Of a DNA stretch of 64,000 bases, positions 8,308 through 18,815 are shown piece by piece. The position numbers and the translations under genes are program-made. The stretch is from assembly GCA_021325355.1 (NCBI GenBank), contig JAJPHI010000009.1, positions 387,144-451,143 on the forward strand, read 5' to 3'. The notes below the pieces were generated by a model, which did no database searches, had not been told where the DNA came from, and was given only the letters and a program-made list of their open reading frames with translations. This stretch comes from Pseudomonadota bacterium. Its GTDB lineage: Bacteria > Desulfobacterota > Binatia > Binatales > Binataceae. How positions within the stretch are numbered: the stretch's first letter is position 1; each line of letters begins with the position of its first letter.

Positions 8308-10683
8308 TTAACGATACATCTCGATAAGCGAAATCAGGCCCAGGTCGCGATATCGCTCTATGAGATATCCTTTGATGTCCTTTACGCTTGAGAGTTGCGA
8401 TACATCGTGCGCGATATGCCGCGCCGTCTGATAGCTCGACTCCTGAACCAATTTTCGGACCACCGGAATGAACAGCGGACTCAAGCTCAGTTGATCGAGT
8501 CCCATCCCCACCAGCAGCAGCGTCGCCAGCGGATCGCTGGCCATCTCCCCGCACAGACAGACTTCCTTGCCGGCGCCCCGCGCCACGTTGACCACTTCCG
8601 CAATCGCCGACAACACCGCCGGATGGAGCGGCTCGTAAAGATGCGCCACCTTGGGATTATTGCGATCGGCCGCGAGCAGATACTGCACCAGGTCGTTGGT
8701 GCCGATCGAAAAGAAATCCACCTCGCGGATAAGCCGCGGCGCCAGCCAGACCGCCGACGGCACCTCGACCATGATTCCCACCTCGATCGCCGGATTGTGC
8801 TCGAGCCCCTCCTTGAACAACTCGGCCTGGGCTTCGAGCAGAAGTTCGCGCGCGCGATGCAGTTCCTCGAGACTCGAAATCATCGGAAACAACACGCGCA
8901 CCTTGCGATGGGCCGCGGCGCGCAGGATGGCGCGCAACTGCACCTTGAAGATCCCCGCCAATTCCAGTGAGATCCGAATCGATCGCCAGCCGAGAAACGG
9001 ATTCTCCTCACGCGGCACGCGCAGATATGGCGGATACTTGTCCGCCCCGATATCCAGCGTGCGAATCGTCACCGTTCGCTCCCCTACCGCCTCGAGCATC
9101 CGCGTGTACAGCTCGATCTGCTGGTTTTCGTCGGGGAAATCCTCGTACGTCAGAAAGGAAAATTCCGAGCGCAGGAGCCCGATACCTTCCGCTCCGTAGC
9201 GCAGGGCCAGCCGCACGTCCGGCAGCAGCGCGATATTGGCCAGCATCTGTACCCGATGGCCGTCGCGGGTCTCCGCCGGCGCCTGCAACCCCGCCATCAG
9301 TTCGCGGCGGAAGGCCTCGTAGCGCTTGTGCTGCAACTGATACTCGCGCTCGACCTCCGCTGACGGATTGATGTAGAGCACCCCGGAGTTGCCGTCGAGC
9401 TCGAGCGCATCGCCTTCCGAAACCGCCTCCATCAGCCGCTCGACACCCACGATCGTCGGCAGTTCGAAGGCGCGCGCCAGAATCGCCGCGTGCGAGGTCA
9501 CGCCGCCCGACTGCAGCGCAATCCCCGCCAGATTCTCATGCGACACCAGCGCCATCTGCGACAGCGTCAGCTCCTCCGCCACCAGGATGGTCTTGCGGCT
9601 GAACGATCCGATACCCTCTTCCTGGCGCAGATGGCGCAAAACGCGATGGCCGACGTCGCGGAAATCCGTGGCGCGTTCGCGCAAATAGGCGTCGGCCACG
9701 GCCAGCATCTGGGCGCTCAGTTCGTCGATTACCCGGAACAGCGAACTCTCCGCCGCATATCCCTCCGCGATCGTATCGCGCACCCGCGAGATAAACTCCT
9801 CGTCCTCGAGGATCAGCCGATGCGCGTCGAAGATCTGCAGGTCGTTCTCGGCCATCAACGGCGCCATCCGCGCTTTCAACGCCGCCAGTTCACCGCGCGA
9901 GCGCACCAGCGCCTCTTCGAACCGTTTAAGCTCGACCTTCGGATCCCGCGCCCGCAGATTGCGATCAATCGTGCTCAGGAACGTGCCGACAACGTGCGCG
10001 ACCCCGTGAGCGAAGCCCGGCGCCGCCGGCAACCCGACCAGCCGCGGATGGCGCATCTTGATTGGCGGCGCGACCCGCGTCGCCCCCGCCACCCGCTCGT
10101 AACCCTTGAGCTGACGGTTCGCCTCGATCATCCGCCGCCGATACTCGTCGCGCTCCTTCTCCTTGGTGGCCAGCGTCTCGCGCAGTTGAAACTGCGACAT
10201 GATCGCCGCCAACTGCGCCGCCGCCGTCCGCAACAGGCGGATCGCCACCGTGCCGAACTTGCGTCGCCGCAGCGTCTGCACCGTCAGCACGCCAAGCGGT
10301 TTCTGCCGCGTCTCGGCGATCGGCACCGCGAGCAGCGTGTGATAGCGCTCCTCGCCGGTTTCCGGGAAATACTTGTACCGCGGATGGCTCATCGCGTCTT
10401 CGACGACCACCGGCTCGCCCCGCTCGATCACCAGACCCACCAGACCTTCGTTGACGCGGATCGACACGCGGCCGACCGATTCGCGATTGAGGCCCACCGT
10501 CGCGCGCAGCACCAGCCGTTCGCGCTGCGGATCGAACAGGTAGATCGAACAAACCTCGACCTCCATGCGGGCAGCGATCGTGGTGACGACGCGGTCGAGA
10601 GTCTGACGCAGGTCGGCCGAAGGATCGCCGCTAATCGCCGAAATGTCCTCGATCAGCGCGAGGCGGTCTCGATTGGCGGCCAT
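8308..10683 (-). CDS. ptsP: Phosphoenolpyruvate-protein phosphotransferase with N-terminal GAF domain (EI-Ntr type)
   Basis: N-terminal GAF-like region and PEP-utilising-enzyme motifs, including active-site His region 'GGVTSHAAILARAFELPTIVGV'. Length 791 aa fits PtsP. Confidence 0.85.
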   Translation of the reverse strand: MAANRDRLALIEDISAISGDPSADLRQTLDRVVTTIAARMEVEVCSIYLFDPQRERLVLRATVGLNRESVGRVSIRVNEGLVGLVIERGEPVVVEDAMSHPRYKYFPETGEERYHTLLAVPIAETRQKPLGVLTVQTLRRRKFGTVAIRLLRTAAAQLAAIMSQFQLRETLATKEKERDEYRRRMIEANRQLKGYERVAGATRVAPPIKMRHPRLVGLPAAPGFAHGVAHVVGTFLSTIDRNLRARDPKVELKRFEEALVRSRGELAALKARMAPLMAENDLQIFDAHRLILEDEEFISRVRDTIAEGYAAESSLFRVIDELSAQMLAVADAYLRERATDFRDVGHRVLRHLRQEEGIGSFSRKTILVAEELTLSQMALVSHENLAGIALQSGGVTSHAAILARAFELPTIVGVERLMEAVSEGDALELDGNSGVLYINPSAEVEREYQLQHKRYEAFRRELMAGLQAPAETRDGHRVQMLANIALLPDVRLALRYGAEGIGLLRSEFSFLTYEDFPDENQQIELYTRMLEAVGERTVTIRTLDIGADKYPPYLRVPREENPFLGWRSIRISLELAGIFKVQLRAILRAAAHRKVRVLFPMISSLEELHRARELLLEAQAELFKEGLEHNPAIEVGIMVEVPSAVWLAPRLIREVDFFSIGTNDLVQYLLAADRNNPKVAHLYEPLHPAVLSAIAEVVNVARGAGKEVCLCGEMASDPLATLLLVGMGLDQLSLSPLFIPVVRKLVQESSYQTARHIAHDVSQLSSVKDIKGYLIERYRDLGLISLIEMYR

Positions 10684-10886
10684 GGTCTGCTTGGGTTCAG
10701 GTGATTCTATCCAGCGCCCCTTGATGGCACAACCTAAGGCGATCCGGCGCCGCGCCGCAAGCGCCGATCACCCCATGCCGCCACTTGCCCGACTCAGCGC
10801 CAGCGCGACCGCGCCGCTTACCCCGGCTTCGGCACCCCGATGACGCCAGCCAGGGTCGCCGCGCGCTACGGCGCGGAGCCGCCGAC

Positions 10887-11771
10887 TCAGCCGTCGAGGA
10901 AAATGCGCTCGAGATGCGACGTCAGCCGCGAGACGGCGCCGGCCACCGCGATCAAGCGACCGCCGGCGACCACCTTGAAGCGCGCCGCCGGCACCGCGAT
11001 ACCGTCCAGCGCGCGCGCATCGCCATGCCGCAAGCGCGCCGCCACGCCCTGGTCCACCTCCACCTCCGGCAGCGCCGACAGCGCCTCGCGCAGCGGGATT
11101 AGCGGCGCGGGCGCGCCGCCTTCAAGCACCTGCAGCACCCGCTCCAGCGGCGCCGCCGCATCGAGCGTAAAGCTGCCATTGCGCTCGCGCCGCAACTCCG
11201 CCAGATGCGCCACGGTGCCGAGCGCGAGACCGAGATCCCGCGCGAGCGCCCGCACGTACATCCCGGGTCCGCAGCTCACTCGAAAACGCAGCGATCGCCC
11301 GTCGGCCACGGCCAGCTCGAGCTGATTGATCCGCACCGTGCGCGGCGGATGCGGCGGCGCCTCGATCCCGCGCCGCGCGAGGCGATAGGAACGCACGCCG
11401 TCGCGCTTGATCGCCGAAAATGCCGGCGGCGTCTGCTCAATCGAACCGGTGAAGCGGCGCGCCGCCGCCGCCAGCAGTTCCGCGTCGATCCCGGGCACCG
11501 GCGCCTCGCGCGTCACCGCGCCGGTCGGATCGAGCGTGTCCGTCTCCGCCCCCAGCGCGATTAACCCGCTGTAGAGTTTTTCGCCTTCCTGCAGGAAAGG
11601 GGCGAGCTTCGTGCCCTCGCCCACGAGGATCGGCAGCACCCCCGTCGCGAACGGATCGAGCGTCCCCAGATGCCCGACCTTGGACCGCGACCCGAGACGT
11701 TTCCGAATCTTCCGCACCACCTCGGCCGAGCTCACGCCCGCGGGCTTGTCCACCACGATAACGCCGTCCAT
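10887..11771 (-). CDS. truB: tRNA pseudouridine(55) synthase
   Basis: 'GVIVVDKPAGVSSAEVVRKIRK...GHLGTLDPFATGVLPILVG' is the catalytic Asp motif region of TruB. Located downstream of rbfA as in the canonical operon. Confidence 0.9.
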   Translation of the reverse strand: MDGVIVVDKPAGVSSAEVVRKIRKRLGSRSKVGHLGTLDPFATGVLPILVGEGTKLAPFLQEGEKLYSGLIALGAETDTLDPTGAVTREAPVPGIDAELLAAAARRFTGSIEQTPPAFSAIKRDGVRSYRLARRGIEAPPHPPRTVRINQLELAVADGRSLRFRVSCGPGMYVRALARDLGLALGTVAHLAELRRERNGSFTLDAAAPLERVLQVLEGGAPAPLIPLREALSALPEVEVDQGVAARLRHGDARALDGIAVPAARFKVVAGGRLIAVAGAVSRLTSHLERIFLDG

Positions 11772-11824
11772 TGCGGCCTCGACTCCGCTCCTGCGAGGTC
11801 TGCTGCGGGTTTGCGTGACCGGCG

Positions 11825-12190
11825 TCAGCCCGCCCCGGTCTTGGTCCGGCTCTCGCGCAACAGCCGCTCGACCCGCGCCGCGCTTTCCGGTCCCGGATCA
11901 AACTCGAAGATGAAGTCCGGCGTGTAGCGCAGCGCGAGCGCGTGCCCAATCTCACGGCGGATAAACCCGCTCGCGCTCTGAAAGCCCTTGATCGCTTCGC
12001 CAGCCTGCGCGCGCCCCTCGAGATGGGAAAAAAAGACCCGCCCGTGCCGCAGGTCGTCGCTCATCCGCACCCGCGTCAGCGAGACGCCGCGCAGACGCGG
12101 GTCGCGCAGGTCATGCACCAGCATCTCGGACAGTTCGCGTAAAACCATCTCCGCCACCCGTTCGGGCCGCCTGCCATCACCCTCAGCCAT
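11825..12190 (-). CDS. rbfA: Ribosome-binding factor A
   Basis: Sequence 'RVAEMVLRELSEMLVHDLRDPRLRGVSLTRVRMSDDLRHGRVFFS' matches the RbfA KH-like fold. Position between infB and truB. Confidence 0.9.
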   Translation of the reverse strand: MAEGDGRRPERVAEMVLRELSEMLVHDLRDPRLRGVSLTRVRMSDDLRHGRVFFSHLEGRAQAGEAIKGFQSASGFIRREIGHALALRYTPDFIFEFDPGPESAARVERLLRESRTKTGAG

Positions 12191-12296
12191 GATTTTGATT
12201 TTAACCGCCGCTAATCTCAGAGCCCAAGCGCCGCCAATTGCTTACGGGGCGAACGCGCAACGCGTCGTCAGGGCTCCCGACGCCGCTCCGCCGCGT

Positions 12297-12584
12297 CTAG
12301 TAATTGACGATCTCGAGCACCTCTTCGCCGAGCGGCGCGAGCCCCAATCCTTCGATAAAGCGCACCACCTCGCGCAGCGCGGCATCGACGAAATCGCGAT
12401 CGGTGCCGGCCTGGCAGATGCCCAGTTCGGCCCGCTGCCACATCTCGTGGCCCGCCGACTCGACGATCGAGACATTGAATTTGTTCCGCACCCGATCCTT
12501 GATCGCGCGCAGCACCTGGCGTTTGCCCTTCAGCGAATGGTTCTCCGGCAGAAAAAGCGTCAGCCGCAACACCCCGACGACCAT
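12297..12584 (-). CDS. DUF503 family protein (YlxP-like)
   Basis: 95-aa protein 'MVVGVLRLTLFLPENHSLKGKRQ' between infB and rbfA, the typical position of the DUF503 gene. Confidence 0.8.
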   Translation of the reverse strand: MVVGVLRLTLFLPENHSLKGKRQVLRAIKDRVRNKFNVSIVESAGHEMWQRAELGICQAGTDRDFVDAALREVVRFIEGLGLAPLGEEVLEIVNY

Positions 12585-12639
12585 CGGCCTGTCTCGTCTC
12601 GCACCGAGCGGGAAATCGCCGAATGCCTGCGCCGCCGCC

Positions 12640-15600
12640 TTAGGGCTGCGGCTGCGCCGGCGCGCCCCGCGTCGCTTCGATCCGCGCCGGCTCGAGCTTG
12701 CGCAGCACGGTCTCCATCTCGAAGTCCTCGATAATGTCGCCCGGTTTCAGGTCGTTGAAGCTCTCGAGCCCGATGCCGCACTCGTAGCCGGCAAGCACTT
12801 CGCGGGCGTCGTCCTTGAAGCGCTTGAGGGAGGCGATCTTGCCCTCCCAGACCACGCGGCCGTCGCGCACCAGGCGCGCCCGCGCGCTCCGTTGCACCTT
12901 GCCGTCGAGCACCATCGCGCCGCCCACCGTGAGGCCGCCGACCACGAAGGTCTGCCGAATCTCGGCGCGGCCGAGCGCTTTTTCGCGATACGTCGGCGCG
13001 AGCAGCCCTTCCATCGCCTCCCGGATGTCGTTGATCACTTCGTAGATGATGGTGTAGAGGCGGATATCCACGCCTTCCTTTTCGGCCAGTTGCGCGGCTT
13101 TCGGTTCCGGCCGCACATTGAAGCCGATAATGATCGCCTTCGACGCCGACGCCAGCGTGACGTCGGTCTCCGAAATCGCGCCGACCGATTTATGGATGAT
13201 CTCGAGCTTCACTTCGCCGGTCGACAGCCGCACCAGCGAATCCGCCAGCGCTTCGACCGAGCCGTTGACGTCGCCCTTGATGATGATCCGCAGCTCCTTG
13301 ACTTCGCCGGCGAGCATCTTTTCGCTCAGCTCTTCGAGCGAGACCCGGCTGGTGCGCTGCAGCGCGCCCTCGCGCAGCCGCGAGCGCCGGAACTCCGCCA
13401 CCTGCCGCGCCTTCGATTCTTCTGCCACGGCCACGAACGCCGTTCCCGGCTCCGGCACGCCCGACAGTCCGAACACCTCGACCGGCGTCGACGGACCCGC
13501 TTCGGTGACGCGCTCGCCCAGATGGTTCTGCATCGCGCGCACGCGCCCGTAGGAGGTGCCGCAGACGAAGGCGTCGCCGGTATGCAGCGTGCCCTCCTGG
13601 ATTAGCACCGTGGCCACCGGCCCGCGCCCGCGATCGATCTGCGACTCGATCACCGCGCCGCGCGCCGCGCGGTTCGGGTTCGCCTTGAGCTCCATCACGT
13701 CGGCCTGCAGCATGATCATCTCGAGCAGCCGCTCGATCCCTTCGCCGGTGCGCGCCGATACCGGCACGACGATCGTGTCGCCGCCGTAGTCTTCGGGAAT
13801 CAGGCCGCGTTCGGTGAGCTGCTGCTTGACCCGGTCGATATTCGCTTCGGGCCGATCCACCTTGTTGATCGCGACGATAATCGGCACCCCCGCGGCCTTG
13901 GCGTGATTCAGCGCTTCGACCGTCTGCGGCATCACGCCCTCGTCGGCGGCCACCACCAGGATGACGATATCGGTCACCTTGGCGCCGCGCGCACGCATCG
14001 CGGTGAACGCCTCGTGCCCCGGCGTATCGACGAAGCTGATGCGCCGGCCGTGCACTTCGACCATGTACGCGCCGATATGCTGCGTGATTCCGCCGAACTC
14101 CCGTTCCGTCACGTTGGTATGCCGAATGGCGTCGAGCAGCGAGGTTTTGCCGTGATCGACGTGGCCCATCACGGTCACCACCGGCGGACGCGGCAGCGCT
14201 TCGCCAGGCGCCGCCTCGGCTTCCTCCTCGATGGCCGATTCCGCATCGAAGGCGACGTTTTCGACGCTGTAGCCGAACTCGCCGGCCACCAGCGTCGCGG
14301 TGTCGACGTCCAGCACCTGGTTCAGCGTGGACATCACGCCGAGCCCCATCAGTTGCTTGATGATTTCGGCCGCCTTTACGCCCATGTTGCGCGCCAGGTC
14401 GGCCACCGTCACGCCCTCGGTAATCCGCACCACGCGCTTCGAGGCTTTGGGCGTGGTGATCTCGGTCTTGCGCAGCTCCTTGCCGGGCAGCGCGCGCTTC
14501 TTGCGCGGCACCCGCAGTCCGCGCATCTCGCGCTCGGCGGCAATATCGGGCGCGCCCTTCTTGATGACTTTCTTCTTCTTGACCGGCCGCGCGCCCGGCT
14601 TCCCGCTGTCCGCCGGCGGCGGCGCAAACGCCTCGAGACTCGGCGGCGGCGCGCCGAACCGACGCTCACCCGGCCGCGGCGGCATCCCGGGCCGCTGCGG
14701 CCCGCCTGGTCGCGGCGGCATCCCGGGCCGGGGCACGCCGGCCGGACGCGCTCCGGTCGGCGCCGCCTTGGGCGCGGGCTTCCGCAAATCGATCTTGCCA
14801 AGCACTTTCGGCCCCGCCTGACCGTCGTCGAGGGTCGGCGCCGAAGGATGGGTCCGTCCGGTGAGATTGATCGTGCGTCCCGGCTCGAACGGCGGCCGCG
14901 GCTGGTCGCGGCCCGGTCCGGCAGCTCCGATCGCGCCGGTGCGATTCGCGCCCGCAGGTGTAAGGGGCGCGCGCGGCGACGTCGTCGTTCGCGGCGGTTG
15001 CGGGCGCGGCGGCAGCTCCACACGCTGCGGCTCGGCCGGCGGCTTCACGGCGCTCGCCGGCTTCGCTTCCGCCGGTTGCGGCGCGGCCGCCGCGGCTGAT
15101 GACGGCGCCGGCTCGGGCGCGGACGGCGGCGCTGACGGCGCAACTTCGGCCGCGGTCTCCTGACGCTCCTCGGCGCGGTCCGACGGGTGCGTCGGCGCGC
15201 TCATCTCGGCGTCGGCGCGCACCGCCGCGCCATTGCTGGCCTCCGGACGATCATTCGGCGCCGGGGCGGGCGCGACCTCAGCGGGCGTCGACGTTTCCGC
15301 CGGCGTCTCGACGTTCAACAGCGCGACCGGCGGCGGCTCCGGCAGATGCACCTCGGGCAGTTCCGGCGCGACCTGCAGCGGTTCGTCGAACAGCGGCGCG
15401 ACAAAACTTTCGCTCGGACTCGACGGCGCTTCCGCCTCGAACTGAAACGCCGGCGCATTCTCGGTCGGCGCTGACGGCGTCGGCTCGGTATGACGCCGGC
15501 GCATCACGGTCGCGTTCAGACGCTTCTCCAGCACCGTCCCCGCGCTGGTTTCGACCAGCGTCTCGCGCCGCAAGGCATTCACCCGATGGGCCCGGGCGTC

Positions 15601-15753
15601 GAGGTCGCTCTTGACGCGGTCGGCTTCTTCGCGCGACAGCAGGGCGGACTCGGATTGCGCGTGCGGCAACTCCAGGCGGCTGCAGCTCGCCAGTACGTCC
15701 TCGACCGATACACCCCATTCGTTGGCAAGGGTTTTTATTCGCTTACGCGCCAT
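12640..15753 (-). CDS. infB: Translation initiation factor IF-2 with very long Pro/Ala-rich N-terminal region
   Basis: G-domain motifs '[12 protein letters not shown]', 'DTPGHEAF', 'NKVD'. N-terminal IF2_N '[20 protein letters not shown]'. About 400 aa of low-complexity P/A/E-rich linker. Confidence 0.95.
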   Translation of the reverse strand: MARKRIKTLANEWGVSVEDVLASCSRLELPHAQSESALLSREEADRVKSDLDARAHRVNALRRETLVETSAGTVLEKRLNATVMRRRHTEPTPSAPTENAPAFQFEAEAPSSPSESFVAPLFDEPLQVAPELPEVHLPEPPPVALLNVETPAETSTPAEVAPAPAPNDRPEASNGAAVRADAEMSAPTHPSDRAEERQETAAEVAPSAPPSAPEPAPSSAAAAAPQPAEAKPASAVKPPAEPQRVELPPRPQPPRTTTSPRAPLTPAGANRTGAIGAAGPGRDQPRPPFEPGRTINLTGRTHPSAPTLDDGQAGPKVLGKIDLRKPAPKAAPTGARPAGVPRPGMPPRPGGPQRPGMPPRPGERRFGAPPPSLEAFAPPPADSGKPGARPVKKKKVIKKGAPDIAAEREMRGLRVPRKKRALPGKELRKTEITTPKASKRVVRITEGVTVADLARNMGVKAAEIIKQLMGLGVMSTLNQVLDVDTATLVAGEFGYSVENVAFDAESAIEEEAEAAPGEALPRPPVVTVMGHVDHGKTSLLDAIRHTNVTEREFGGITQHIGAYMVEVHGRRISFVDTPGHEAFTAMRARGAKVTDIVILVVAADEGVMPQTVEALNHAKAAGVPIIVAINKVDRPEANIDRVKQQLTERGLIPEDYGGDTIVVPVSARTGEGIERLLEMIMLQADVMELKANPNRAARGAVIESQIDRGRGPVATVLIQEGTLHTGDAFVCGTSYGRVRAMQNHLGERVTEAGPSTPVEVFGLSGVPEPGTAFVAVAEESKARQVAEFRRSRLREGALQRTSRVSLEELSEKMLAGEVKELRIIIKGDVNGSVEALADSLVRLSTGEVKLEIIHKSVGAISETDVTLASASKAIIIGFNVRPEPKAAQLAEKEGVDIRLYTIIYEVINDIREAMEGLLAPTYREKALGRAEIRQTFVVGGLTVGGAMVLDGKVQRSARARLVRDGRVVWEGKIASLKRFKDDAREVLAGYECGIGLESFNDLKPGDIIEDFEMETVLRKLEPARIEATRGAPAQPQP

Positions 15754-16057
15754 TGACGATTATTTTATCTCCGCGGACTGTGCCGAGCCATCCGGCCTTT
15801 ATCGTTTCCGTGATACGTCTGCGTTCCGCCATCCCGACGGGACTCTTGAGCGAGCGGAACGGCTTCAGCCTATGGCGTTCGAAGCGCTCGAGACAAGGCA
15901 GACTGCGATGCAGATAGCCGCCGCGCCCGGCGTGCCGCTGCGCGGCGTCGACCGTGGCGACGCCACCGACCAGCGCAACGCGCACCATGGCGCGCTTGAG
16001 GTCGCGCTCCGCGCAGCCGAGGCAGGTGCGCACCGCATTATGATTTCGCTTCGACAT
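15743..16057 (-). CDS. ylxR: YlxR/DUF448 family RNA-binding protein
   Basis: '[18 protein letters not shown]...GRGGYLH' matches the DUF448 signature. Lies between nusA and infB. Start chosen at internal Met '[12 protein letters not shown]'. The longer ORF (to 16138) overlaps the nusA 3' end. Start uncertain. Confidence 0.65.
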   Translation of the reverse strand: MSKRNHNAVRTCLGCAERDLKRAMVRVALVGGVATVDAAQRHAGRGGYLHRSLPCLERFERHRLKPFRSLKSPVGMAERRRITETIKAGWLGTVRGDKIIVNGA

Positions 16058-17447
16058 CAGCGCTTTGCTCGACGGCGGCAGCGCCGTCCTCGATCGCGGT
16101 TTCGCTCGCCGTTCCATCCGCGGGCGTCTCCGTCGCACCGTCGGGTGCGGCCGACGCGGCCATCGCCGCTCTTTCCTCTTCCATGCGCCGGCGCGCCACC
16201 CATTCGCGCGCCGCGTGGATCACCTGGCGGGCCCGCTCGGGAGTGATACCTTCGACTTCGAAATTGTCCTCATTGGCTTCCGCCAACTGCTCGGCCGAAC
16301 GAAAACCCCACTGATAGAGCAGCTCGGCATTGATATCGCCGATTCCCGGAATGGCGTTGAGTGACGCGCGCGCCGCCCGCGCCTCCTCTTCGGCTTCGGC
16401 CTCGCTGCGCACATCGAGTTTCCAGCCGGCCAGACGATGGGCCAGGCGCACGTTCTGCCCGCGTTTGCCGATCGCCAAGGAAAGCTGGTCGTCCGGCACG
16501 ATCACCTCCATCGCGTGCTCGTCCTCGTCGATAATCACCTTCGAGACCTTGGCCGGGGCGAGCGCGCGACACACCAGCTCGGCCTGGTCGTCGGTCCACG
16601 GCACGATATCGATTTTCTCGCCGCGCAACTCCTGCACCACCGCCTGCACGCGCGTGCCCTTCATGCCGACACAGGCGCCGACCGGATCGACGTCGGCGTC
16701 CTTTGAATAGACGGCGACCTTGGCGCGCCCGCCGGGCTCGCGCGCGCACTGGCGAATTTCCACGATGCCCTCGTACATCTCCGGCACTTCCTGCTCGAAC
16801 AACTTGATAAGAAACAGGTTCGCCGTCCGCGAGAGCACGATCGAAAGCCCTTTTTCCGAAAGATCCACGTCCAGAATCAGCGCCCGGATGCGATCACCCT
16901 GGCGGTAGCGCTCGTGCGGAATCTGCTCCTTTTCCGGCAGAATCGCCTCGGTCCGCCCGAGATTCACAATCATGTTCTTGCGCTCGAAGCGCTGCACGAT
17001 CCCGGAAATGATCTCGCCCTTGCGATCCTTGAATTCGCCGTAAATCTGCCGTCGTTCGGCGTCGCGAATGTGCTGGATCAGATTCTGCTTCGCCGCCTGC
17101 GCGGCGATCCGACCCATCGTCGCCGTGTCCAGCTTGATAAGAATCTCGTCGCCGAGCTGCGCGTCCGGATCATATTTCTCATGCGCCAGCTCGAGGTCCA
17201 CTTCGGCGGCCGGGTTGGTCACCTGCTCGACCACGGTCTTGACCTCGAACAACTCGATTTCGCCCAGCTCGGTGTTGAAGCGCGACTCGATATTGCGGTC
17301 GGCGCCGAAGGTGCGCCGCGCCGCCGAATGCATCATCTCCTCGACCGCGCTGATTACGATCGACTTGTCGATGCCTTTTTCCTTCGAGACCTGCTCGATA
17401 ACGCGGTTCAGATCAACCGCCATGTCGCCTCCTGCGGGGTCTGCCAC
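16038..17447 (-). CDS. nusA: Transcription termination/antitermination factor NusA
   Basis: N-terminal 'VDLNRVIEQVSKEKGIDKSIVISAVEEMM', S1 and KH regions 'GACVGMKGTRVQAVVQELRGEKIDIV', and an acidic C-terminal tail. True start may be the Met at 17423. Confidence 0.9.
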   Translation of the reverse strand: MADPAGGDMAVDLNRVIEQVSKEKGIDKSIVISAVEEMMHSAARRTFGADRNIESRFNTELGEIELFEVKTVVEQVTNPAAEVDLELAHEKYDPDAQLGDEILIKLDTATMGRIAAQAAKQNLIQHIRDAERRQIYGEFKDRKGEIISGIVQRFERKNMIVNLGRTEAILPEKEQIPHERYRQGDRIRALILDVDLSEKGLSIVLSRTANLFLIKLFEQEVPEMYEGIVEIRQCAREPGGRAKVAVYSKDADVDPVGACVGMKGTRVQAVVQELRGEKIDIVPWTDDQAELVCRALAPAKVSKVIIDEDEHAMEVIVPDDQLSLAIGKRGQNVRLAHRLAGWKLDVRSEAEAEEEARAARASLNAIPGIGDINAELLYQWGFRSAEQLAEANEDNFEVEGITPERARQVIHAAREWVARRRMEEERAAMAASAAPDGATETPADGTASETAIEDGAAAVEQSADVEAKS

Positions 17448-17477
17448 CCATCTCGTGCCTGGTGTCGCCCGCGCCGA

Positions 17478-17993
17478 TCAGTCGAACTGATGCTCATAGT
17501 TCGCGCCCTGGATTTCACCAAAGCCGATCACCTCGCGCGCCCCGCTCACGTCATCATCCAATTCAATGCCCTCGGCCGTCACTGAAGCCAGCACGCCGAT
17601 GAAGTTCTTGCGTCCGGCATGCGCCTCGCGCGTGCGCACCTTGATTCGCCGTCCGACGTACTCCTTGAAGTCTTTCAGTCTCATCAACGGCCGATTAATT
17701 CCCGGCGACGCCATCTCGAGCGTGTAGCGACCTTCAATCGGGTCATACACATCCAGCAGGTCCCCGACCAGCGGACTCAGTTGCTCGAGGTCATCCAGCG
17801 AAATGCCGCCGGCGGGTCGATCGACCAGGAGCCGCAACAGCGATTGCCGCGTCCCGCGGCGAAATTCGACCCCGATCAACTCAAAGCCCTGCCGCTCGAT
17901 ATGCGGCTCGATCAGTTCCGCGACCTTTCGCGCAACAGCATTAACCTGCACAACCATCACGGCGCTTAGCCCCGGCCCCTCGCCGAACGCCAA
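17478..17993 (-). CDS. rimP: Ribosome maturation factor RimP
   Basis: 'LIEPHIERQGFELIGVEFRRGTRQSLLRLLVDRPAGGISLDDLEQLSPLVGDLLD' is typical RimP. Sits immediately upstream of nusA. Start may be internal (about 17957). Confidence 0.85.
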   Translation of the reverse strand: MAFGEGPGLSAVMVVQVNAVARKVAELIEPHIERQGFELIGVEFRRGTRQSLLRLLVDRPAGGISLDDLEQLSPLVGDLLDVYDPIEGRYTLEMASPGINRPLMRLKDFKEYVGRRIKVRTREAHAGRKNFIGVLASVTAEGIELDDDVSGAREVIGFGEIQGANYEHQFD

Positions 17994-18222
17994 CTCGATT
18001 CGCTGCCTCGCGGTGAGCGCTGGCTGCCAATAAAAAATGGGCCATCAGCCCATGACAAGCATCGTATCACCCAAAGCCGATTTTTCAAGGCGAGATTTCG
18101 CCCCTCTCGCCGCAACTCCGAGCGCCGCGCCGCCCGGCGGTTGACGAAGCCCACCGCTTCAGCAAATGCTAGCCCTTCGTTGAGAGTCCAGGCCTCTGCC
18201 AATCCGGATTTGAGGACCCACC

Positions 18223-18762
18223 ATGCGATGCGGACAATGCGGCGCTGACCTGGCCCAGGGCGCGACCTTCTGCTCGCGATGCGGCACGCGCGTGATGCAG
18301 CCGCGTCCCGCCGAAGTGCGCGAATACGCCCTCAGCCGCATCCTGCCCTCCTGGTGGCACTTCACGCGTGAGCTCCTCGTCGCCTTCGCCCTGTTCCTCG
18401 GTGGCGCTTACTGCCTCGGCGTCCCGCACCTGGACAACCGCGTCGGCCTCGCCCTGGTGCTGCTCGCCGTCGTGGTCTTCGGGATGGCCGCGCTGGCGCG
18501 CCGCTCAACCTCCTGGAGCCTGACCTCCGACCGTTTAATCGAGCGCCGCGGCACCTTCGCCAATCGCCGCCGCGAGATGGAACTCGCCGATGTTCGTTCG
18601 ATCGAGGTCGACCAGTCGTTTTTTCAACGGCTGCTCGGACTCGGCGATGTCGCCGTCGCCTCGGCCGCCAGCGCCGAATTCCTCATCCGCCTGAGCGACA
18701 TTCCCAACCCCGAAGAGGTCGCCGAGATGCTTCGACGGGCGCGCCTCAAACGCCTCGCCTGA
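18223..18762 (+). CDS. Zinc-ribbon plus bacterial PH (bPH_2/DUF304-like) domain membrane protein
   Basis: N-terminal 'CGQCGADL...CSRCGT' zinc ribbon, two hydrophobic helices, then a YdbS-like PH-domain stretch 'WSLTSDRLIERRGTF...'. Confidence 0.6.
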   Translation: MRCGQCGADLAQGATFCSRCGTRVMQPRPAEVREYALSRILPSWWHFTRELLVAFALFLGGAYCLGVPHLDNRVGLALVLLAVVVFGMAALARRSTSWSLTSDRLIERRGTFANRRREMELADVRSIEVDQSFFQRLLGLGDVAVASAASAEFLIRLSDIPNPEEVAEMLRRARLKRLA

Positions 18763-18815
18763 GCGCTCCCGGCAGCCGCCCTCGGCGCTGTCGCGCTGAT
18801 TGCCGCCGGCCCCAT

